Assembly: GCF_000013905.1 (NCBI RefSeq)
Contig: NC_007969.1
Span: 540,001 to 572,000, forward strand
DNA from: Psychrobacter cryohalolentis K5
Lineage (GTDB): Bacteria; Pseudomonadota; Gammaproteobacteria; Pseudomonadales; Moraxellaceae
Direction of reading: 5' to 3'
DNA: 32,000 bases
The notes below the pieces were generated by a model. It was not told where the DNA came from. It made no database searches and saw nothing but the letters and a program-made list of their open reading frames with translations. Shown piece after piece: positions 25,936 through 32,000 of this stretch (position 1 is its first letter; each line of letters begins with the position of its first letter). A program made the position numbers and the translations under genes.

Positions 25936-26793
25936 ATGAGTATCCACGGTATCTTGGGTGAACAAACCACTGATTATCCAACTGAGTATAGTCCAGAGAC
26001 GTTATATCCGATTGCTCGTAGTATGGGGCGAGAGGTCATTGGTTGGCAGGATGATAAGCTAGAGGTAGGTTTCGATTGGTGGCAGGCATTTGAGCTGTCA
26101 TGGTTAAATGAGCAAGGTATATCGCAGGTTGCGATAGCACGCTTTGGCATTCCGGCAAGCTCGCCATTTATTGTTGAATCAAAGTCATTGAAGCTTTATC
26201 TAAATAGTATCAACTTTACTGAATTTGGTAGTTTGGAAACAGTACAAACGCTGATAGCGAAAGATTTGTCGAAATGCGTACAAGCTGAAGTTAATGTTGA
26301 ATTGTTTGACTTAGAGGATGAGCATTCAGGGCTATTGATCGCTCAGCCTGATGGCATTTGTATTGATGATGCACTAGCGGACAGTACTGAGAAAGTAGCA
26401 TTAACGCTGCATCCTGATGCGTCATTATTAGAACGTAATACAAGTGATGCTAAAATATCAGAGGGTAAAACTTTTAGCTTTTATTCTAATCTATTACGTA
26501 GTAATTGTCCGGTGACCAATCAGCCAGATTGGGGGACATTGGCAGTTTCGATAACCAGTAATAAGCCAGTTAATAACGCAAATATGCTGCGTTATATATT
26601 AAGTTTCCGTCAGCATAATGGCTTTCATGAGCAATGTGTCGAGCAGATATTTGCTGATTTGAGTCAATACTATGAGCCAAGTGAGCTCATGGTTCGTGCT
26701 TGGTATACACGTCGAGGTGGTATTGATATCAATCCTTGTCGTGTCAGCGATATTGCATTATTGCCTGTGCCTAGTCGTTTGATTCGTCAATAA
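25936..26793 (+). CDS. queF: NADPH-dependent 7-cyano-7-deazaguanine (preQ0) reductase, two-domain type
   Basis: 285 aa. Blocks ESKSLKLYLNS, SNCPVTNQPDWGT (catalytic Cys) and FHEQCVE. SD AGGAA. Confidence 0.9.
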   Translation: MSIHGILGEQTTDYPTEYSPETLYPIARSMGREVIGWQDDKLEVGFDWWQAFELSWLNEQGISQVAIARFGIPASSPFIVESKSLKLYLNSINFTEFGSLETVQTLIAKDLSKCVQAEVNVELFDLEDEHSGLLIAQPDGICIDDALADSTEKVALTLHPDASLLERNTSDAKISEGKTFSFYSNLLRSNCPVTNQPDWGTLAVSITSNKPVNNANMLRYILSFRQHNGFHEQCVEQIFADLSQYYEPSELMVRAWYTRRGGIDINPCRVSDIALLPVPSRLIRQ

Positions 26794-26835
26794 TAAAAGC
26801 ATTATGAATGGTTTTTAAATAAACCTCTAAGAATA

Positions 26836-26874
26836 AAAAAGCGCCTATCTCATATACTGAGATAGGCGCTTTTT
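26836..26874. terminator. Bidirectional terminator shared by the convergent queF and proS genes
   Basis: AAAAAGCGCCTATCTCA-TATAC-TGAGATAGGCGCTTTTT. The stem is perfect, with an A-run on one side and a T-run on the other. Confidence 0.85.
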
Positions 26875-26897
26875 ATGGTACTAATTTTATCGTTGCA

Positions 26898-28616
26898 CTA
26901 TTTACCGCTGACTTTAGCAATTACTTCATCACGGCTAAGTAGTTGCTTTTCACTATCACGGCGATTAACGTATTCGTACTTGTCTTCTGCCAAGTTACGG
27001 TCAGATACTACGATACGATGCGGAATCCCAATCAGCTCAAGGTCAGCAAACTTCACGCCTGGGCGTTCATTACGGTCATCAAGCAATACATTGATACCAA
27101 GAGCTTTTAGCTCCTCGTACAATGCCGTTGCTGTTTCCATAACGGTGTCTTCTTTTGATTTCATTGGCACGATAGCGACTTCAAAAGGTGCTAAAGAATC
27201 ACTAATATCTGGTGTTGATGGCCACATAATGCCGTTTTCATCGTTGTTTTGCTCAATAGCAGCAGCGATAATACGGCTGACGCCAATACCGTAACAACCC
27301 ATCATCAAAGTGACCGGCTTGCCATCTTCGCCTGATACCGTGCAGTTCATCGCTTGTGAGTACTTATCACCCAACTGGAAGATATGACCGACTTCGATAC
27401 CACGTTTGATCTGTAGCGTACCTTTACCATCAGGAGAAGGATCGCCTTCGTGTACATTGCGAATATCAACAATACGGGTGATATGCGCGTCACGCTCCCA
27501 ATTCATACCTGTCGTGTGCTTGTTAATTTCATTGGCGCCAGAGACAAAGTCGGACAATGCCGCTGCTGCACGATCTACAAAGACGGGCATATTAAGCTCA
27601 ACGCCGATATAGCCTTTATGCAGACCAGCGGCTTTTAGCTCTTCTTCCGTTGCCATCATTAAAGGGACATTGGCTTCTTCAATTTTTTCGGCTTTTATGG
27701 TGTTTAGTGTATGGTCGCCGCGTAATACCACAGCGATAAGCTGTGGCTCACCTTCTGGTGTATGACCTTGCACAATCAATGTTTTGACAGTTGTAGCAAG
27801 CGGAACGTTTAAGTGCTCAGCAACGGCTTCACAGGTTGGCATATTGACGGTATCAATATTCTCGCGAGCCATCGTTGCAGGCTGGCGTTCTGCCATACTC
27901 ACAGATTCTGCAAGCTCGACGTTGGCAGCATACTCAGACGAATCAGAGAAAGCAATATCATCTTCGCCGCTGTCTGCTAGGACATGAAACTCGTGTGAGG
28001 CAAAGCCGCCGATTGAGCCAGTATCTGCTTGTACAGCACGGAAATCAAGACCTAAGCGCGTGAATATGCGCGTATAAGCGTCATACATCTCATCATACGT
28101 CTTTGCCAGTGATGCTTGGTCAACGTGGAAGGAATAAGCATCTTTCATGGTAAATTCGCGTGCGCGCATCACACCAAAGCGTGGACGAATCTCATCACGG
28201 AACTTATTTTGAATTTGAAAAAAAGTAATCGGTAATTGCTTATAACTGCGCAGCTCGCCTTGGGCAAGATTGGTGATGACTTCTTCGTGCGTCGGTCCCA
28301 ATACAAAATCGCGGTCATGACGGTCTTTAAAGCGTAGTAGCTCAGGACCATAGTCGTTAAAACGTCCGGTCAGCTGCCAAAGTTCAGCAGGCTGAGTCAT
28401 CGGCATAAGCACTTCTTGAGCGCCGATATTTTGCATCTCTTCGCGAACGATACGCTCGACTTTTTGCAATACGCGCAAACCCATTGGCAACCAGATATAT
28501 AATCCAGAAGCGATTTTGCGAATCAGACCGGCTCTAACCATTAATTGGCTTGAAGCGATATCTGCATCACTGGGTGTTTCTTTTAGCGTGGCAAATAAAA
28601 ATTGACTGGCTTTCAT
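26898..28616 (-). CDS. proS: Proline--tRNA ligase (bacterial type with INS editing domain)
   Basis: 572 aa. N-terminus [34 protein letters not shown], plus class II motifs and an insertion domain colinear with E. coli ProS. Confidence 0.96.
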   Translation of the reverse strand: MKASQFLFATLKETPSDADIASSQLMVRAGLIRKIASGLYIWLPMGLRVLQKVERIVREEMQNIGAQEVLMPMTQPAELWQLTGRFNDYGPELLRFKDRHDRDFVLGPTHEEVITNLAQGELRSYKQLPITFFQIQNKFRDEIRPRFGVMRAREFTMKDAYSFHVDQASLAKTYDEMYDAYTRIFTRLGLDFRAVQADTGSIGGFASHEFHVLADSGEDDIAFSDSSEYAANVELAESVSMAERQPATMARENIDTVNMPTCEAVAEHLNVPLATTVKTLIVQGHTPEGEPQLIAVVLRGDHTLNTIKAEKIEEANVPLMMATEEELKAAGLHKGYIGVELNMPVFVDRAAAALSDFVSGANEINKHTTGMNWERDAHITRIVDIRNVHEGDPSPDGKGTLQIKRGIEVGHIFQLGDKYSQAMNCTVSGEDGKPVTLMMGCYGIGVSRIIAAAIEQNNDENGIMWPSTPDISDSLAPFEVAIVPMKSKEDTVMETATALYEELKALGINVLLDDRNERPGVKFADLELIGIPHRIVVSDRNLAEDKYEYVNRRDSEKQLLSRDEVIAKVSGK

Positions 28617-29300
28617 AAATAAAGCGGAACCTTATCGACGATAAAATAAATAAGAAATAGTAGGATGTTGAGCGTGTGGTTTGATAGCCGACGCAAGATT
28701 ACCTGTTATTACTTGGTAATAGTGTAGGACATGCCCTAGCTAGAAAGCACTACAACAGACAGTACGCTAGTGAGCAGTGCGTTCGTAAACAGCATTTAAA
28801 AAAGGATATAACATATTATTTTGTATAAAAATATCAGACTTCATCGAGCACTGTTTTTAGCATAAAGCTCGAAAAATACCTGTATACCGATATTTTAAGC
28901 ATACAACCTGACTATGTTAGGTAAAGTTCGCCTAAGACGCAATGACTTTTTGTTTTTTCAGAGCGAAGGTTACTTAAAGGGCTGAATGAGACAGCTATAA
29001 CTCGATTATTTACCAGTTCTAAATGTATTTATAGCAAATAAAAAGAAGTTTTTTGAAGATGACATCATGAGTGATTATGTAGGGTATTGGTAGTCATTAC
29101 TTGAAGTTGCTGCTTAAAAATAGCATTTATTATTTAGTACGTGATTTTTTGTGTAGTTCCAATGATAGGTATAGTGAATTCAGCATTAAAAAAATTCATC
29201 CCAGTTCCGCGTTGGAATATAACGTATCTGTTCTATTTGGAATAGACTATAGTTATAAAAATAATCGATAAAATTATGATAAAACCATAAAGGTGTTTAT

Positions 29301-30068
29301 ATGAACAGTTCTGATAATCGAAATCCTCTTGATACGACTGATTCAAAAGCGAAAAAATCTATCGCTATGATGTCGTGGATCGTATTGCTTGCTAGTCTCG
29401 CAGCCGTCATTTTCGCTATCTATACTGTGCAGAATATTACCAAAGAAGAGCCCATAGAAACCATCACTCGTGAGGGTGTGGTGACACAAATTCAGAAGTT
29501 GAATCGTTTGGAGACGGTGGCATTCAGCGTTGATACGGTGATTACTAGTCAGCGTTCAGGCAGTTGGATGAAGCTATGGCAAGACGAGCAAAAGGCGCTA
29601 TTTATTGCTCGTGGTCGCGTAGAGGCGGGCATTGACTTGAGCGCATTGACACCTGAGATGGTACAAGTGATACAGCCTACCGAGTCGGAAGTAAATGATG
29701 CTGAAAACGCTGATGTTAATGCCTCCGTTTCTATTATGCCCCAAATTAATATTACGCTGCCGCCATCAGAGATATTTTCAGTCTATCTAGATGATATCGA
29801 GATTTACGATTGGCAAACGGGGGCTTTTGGTATGATGCAAGTCGATCCAAAAATTCTAAAACAAGCACAAAGCATGGCAAAAGCCGAGGTGCTTGAACGT
29901 GCTTGCCGCGGTGATGTCATGACAATGGCGTTAGATAACGCGCAAACTCAGTTACAGCAGTTATTTGCATTAACTGGCGCAGTAGTGACGGTCACCACGC
30001 AAGGTGCTGGCTCGTGTCAAATGCCGTTAGTCGCTTCAGCATCGGCGACTGCTACGGTTAACAAATAA
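29301..30068 (+). CDS. DUF4230-like membrane-anchored protein
   Basis: The N-terminal TM helix, the LNRLETVAFSVDTVIT and ARGRVEAGIDLS blocks, and the size fit my memory of DUF4230. I recognise no other family. Confidence 0.5.
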   Translation: MNSSDNRNPLDTTDSKAKKSIAMMSWIVLLASLAAVIFAIYTVQNITKEEPIETITREGVVTQIQKLNRLETVAFSVDTVITSQRSGSWMKLWQDEQKALFIARGRVEAGIDLSALTPEMVQVIQPTESEVNDAENADVNASVSIMPQINITLPPSEIFSVYLDDIEIYDWQTGAFGMMQVDPKILKQAQSMAKAEVLERACRGDVMTMALDNAQTQLQQLFALTGAVVTVTTQGAGSCQMPLVASASATATVNK

Positions 30069-30126
30069 CCAAACCAATTCTCAGCAGATAATGGTTGTAT
30101 AGTGAGTTTATTACGAAAGTGTTATA

Positions 30127-30196
30127 GCGCTATTGGTATGAATTTTGCGCAGCCTCTGGGAACGCAGCACGCCAGTAAAATTTATACCAATAGCGC
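30127..30196 (+). repeat. Hairpin element A: 20-bp inverted arms around a 30-nt loop
   Basis: Arms GCGCTATTGGTATGAATTTT (30127-30146) and AAAATTTATACCAATAGCGC (30177-30196) are 19/20 complementary. The loop is GCGCAGCCTCTGGGAACGCAGCACGCCAGT. Confidence 0.85.
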
Positions 30197-30227
30197 GTTT
30201 AAATGTTCATAACATTTTTATTTTTAT

Positions 30228-30243
30228 CTGACTATATAGTCAG
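30228..30243. repeat. Perfect 16-bp palindrome CTGACTATATAGTCAG
   Basis: Read directly from the sequence. Same 14-bp core as 3695-3710. It lies midway between elements A and B. Confidence 0.9.
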
Positions 30244-30267
30244 GGAAAAGTAATATCGATACATCAA

Positions 30268-30343
30268 GTACTGCTGATATTCATTTTTCTTGCTTGCTGT
30301 GCCTACGCAGACAGAGGCTGCAGAAAATTTATACCAGCAGCAC
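30268..30343 (-). repeat. Hairpin element B: a diverged copy of element A in the opposite orientation
   Basis: On the minus strand it reads GTGCTGCTGGTATAAATTTTCTGCAGCCTCTG..., against GCGCTATTGGTATGAATTTTGCGCAGCCTCTG... for A. Its own arms (30324-30343 and 30268-30288) are about 16/20 complementary. Confidence 0.75.
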
Positions 30344-30377
30344 TGTAGCGTTTTTTGAGATATTTTAACTATAGATA

Positions 30378-31928
30378 TTACTCTTTTTTAAATTCAGCAA
30401 TCACTAATTGTCGTGCCAGTTTATGCTCAACGATTGGCACAGGATAATCAATATCTGCAAAGGTACCATTCTTACTCAGAGCCTTGCGCATTTTATCCTC
30501 TCTATGCAAAATGCTGGTAGGAATCGGTTTTAATTCAGGCAGCCAAGTCTTAATGAATATTCCCTCAGTATCATGGCTTTTAGCTTGGCTAAAGGGATTC
30601 ATAATACGAAAATAGGGCGCAGAATCTGTACCTGTTGATGCGCTCCACTGCCAGCCACCATTATTAGACGCAAAGTCACCGTCTATCAGCTGTTGCATAA
30701 AGTAACGCTCACCCCAGCGCCAATCAATCAATAAATCTTTGGTCAAAAACATCGCGGTAACCATGCGCAAGCGATTGTGCATAAAGCCTGTCGCATTAAG
30801 GCAGCGCATCGCTGCATCGACTAATGGCACACCCGTTTTGCCCTCACGCCATGCTGCAAAAGCATCTTCATCATATGACCAGTTGATTTTCTTATCAGTC
30901 TCATATTTATAAGCTTGATGGCGGATAAGCTCAGGTTTATAGTCTAAAACATGGCGATAAAAATCTCGCCAAGCCAGCTCGCTTATCCAGCGGTTGATGT
31001 CGTTATTGTCACCGCTGTCAAAGTTGTCACCATCATTTCTACGTAATTTCCCTAGTGCCTGAGTAGCTTGTAAGTAGCAAAGTCTGGGACTGATTGCGCC
31101 AATAGTAAGATAGGTTGATAATTGACTGGTCGCCTGTAAGCTCGGCACATCACGGCTCACATCATAGTTATCGATATCATCCGCGATAAAGTGCTCTAAT
31201 CGATGACAGGCTTCCGCTTCGCCAGCAGGATAAGCAAGGCGCGCTTGGCTAATTTGCTTGTCCGTATCTATATTTTGATAGGATTCATGAGTTTGTAGAT
31301 ATTCTTGATAGTCGTGGACAGTTTTTTTGCACAATGCTTCTATATCTTGAGTAGTGTTTGCACTGTGTTCTGATAATGTTAAATTAACTTGTTTATTATC
31401 TATGATGGCAAGTGCTGTATGAATTTGTATGTCACTAACCTCCAAGGTATGCCGCCATTTTTTATAAAATGGGGTAAACACTTGATACATGCTGTCATCA
31501 TTGGTAGTGATACTTTTCGGTGGTAAGATACATTGGTCATGCCAGCGGATAAACTCAATTTCGTTGTTTGCAAGTTGTTTGGTTAACAGTTCATCCCGCG
31601 CAACCTCATTACCTTCGTACTCATGATTTGCCATTACGCAGCTGATATTATTTGACTCACATAATGCGCTCAACGTAACTATACAATCAGTAAAACTAGG
31701 GCAGACCTGCACGGTTAAAATGATGTTCAACTGATGCAGTTTTTCTGCGAGGATAGGAAGTGTTCGCGCAATATGATCAAGCTGTGTAAGCGACATGTCA
31801 TGTGCCTGCCACTGCTCAGGGGTAAGAAAAAATACCGCGCTGAGCTGAGCATTGTCTTCGTTTGCACGCTCACAAATGGCAGCCAAAGCAGTATTGTCAT
31901 GAACGCGTAGATCACGGCGAAACCACAT
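30378..31928 (-). CDS. phrB: Deoxyribodipyrimidine (CPD) photolyase, class I
   Basis: N-terminus MWFRRDLRVHDNTAL. FAD-binding region WRDFY, GFMHNRLRMV, DGDFASNNGGWQW. The reading frame stays open upstream to the window end (32000), but no ATG/GTG/TTG occurs there, so 31928 is the best start visible. Confidence 0.92.
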   Translation of the reverse strand: MWFRRDLRVHDNTALAAICERANEDNAQLSAVFFLTPEQWQAHDMSLTQLDHIARTLPILAEKLHQLNIILTVQVCPSFTDCIVTLSALCESNNISCVMANHEYEGNEVARDELLTKQLANNEIEFIRWHDQCILPPKSITTNDDSMYQVFTPFYKKWRHTLEVSDIQIHTALAIIDNKQVNLTLSEHSANTTQDIEALCKKTVHDYQEYLQTHESYQNIDTDKQISQARLAYPAGEAEACHRLEHFIADDIDNYDVSRDVPSLQATSQLSTYLTIGAISPRLCYLQATQALGKLRRNDGDNFDSGDNNDINRWISELAWRDFYRHVLDYKPELIRHQAYKYETDKKINWSYDEDAFAAWREGKTGVPLVDAAMRCLNATGFMHNRLRMVTAMFLTKDLLIDWRWGERYFMQQLIDGDFASNNGGWQWSASTGTDSAPYFRIMNPFSQAKSHDTEGIFIKTWLPELKPIPTSILHREDKMRKALSKNGTFADIDYPVPIVEHKLARQLVIAEFKKE

Positions 31929-32000
31929 GAGATAATGAAACTGATGACTATCCTCGACTTTGTTGTGTGAATTATTTTTTATCGCTACCGCCGTTTTAGA

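Noticed and set aside
28736-28795. 19-codon hydrophobic minus-strand ORF (MLFTNALLTSVLSVVVLSS) as a type I toxin candidate
   Set aside because: It has no Shine-Dalgarno sequence, no charged tail and no evident antisense RNA structure. ORFs this short are expected by chance in 684 bp.
1-32000. CRISPR arrays, IS elements, rRNA, prophage or integron structures
   Set aside because: I found no regularly spaced direct repeats, no transposase or integrase-like ORFs and no rRNA-like sequence anywhere in the window.

Overview
The window reads as ordinary core chromosome of an AT-leaning gammaproteobacterium. The gene set and protein sequences look Moraxellaceae/Psychrobacter-like, but that assignment is inference only. 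I can support 24 protein genes, one tRNA, several rho-independent terminators and a few repeats. Gene order is: glnD (partial, missing from the ORF track because it is open at the left edge), map, a family-I lipase plus its Lif foldase, a META-domain lipoprotein, a TolB-like beta-propeller lipoprotein, two tandem DUF2256 zinc-ribbon mini-proteins (the second is absent from the track), metH, two tandem fasciclin lipoproteins, an alanine/glycine:cation symporter, a LemA-TPM-TPM cluster, an adenosine/adenine deaminase, sirtuin CobB, a small membrane-anchored hypothetical, tRNA-Arg(CCG), a cytochrome c5-like protein, yadG/yadH-like ABC-2 transporter genes, queF, proS, a DUF4230-like protein and photolyase. 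I see no integrase, transposase, phage gene, CRISPR array, toxin-antitoxin pair or recognisable defence gene, so I cannot honestly nominate a clear-cut novel system. The points most worth a second look are these. (1) A 10-mer, TGACTATATA, recurs at five intergenic loci and appears twice as a perfect 16-bp palindrome. (2) A nested palindromic composite of about 217 bp holds two inverted copies of a hairpin element of about 70 bp, between the convergent DUF4230 and phr genes. (3) The LemA-TPM-TPM envelope module has no assigned function, and its middle protein is repeat-rich. (4) There is a tandem DUF2256 pair. (5) Three unusually long ORF-free, AT-rich spacers are present (554, 969 and 684 bp). 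All interest scores are moderate or low.
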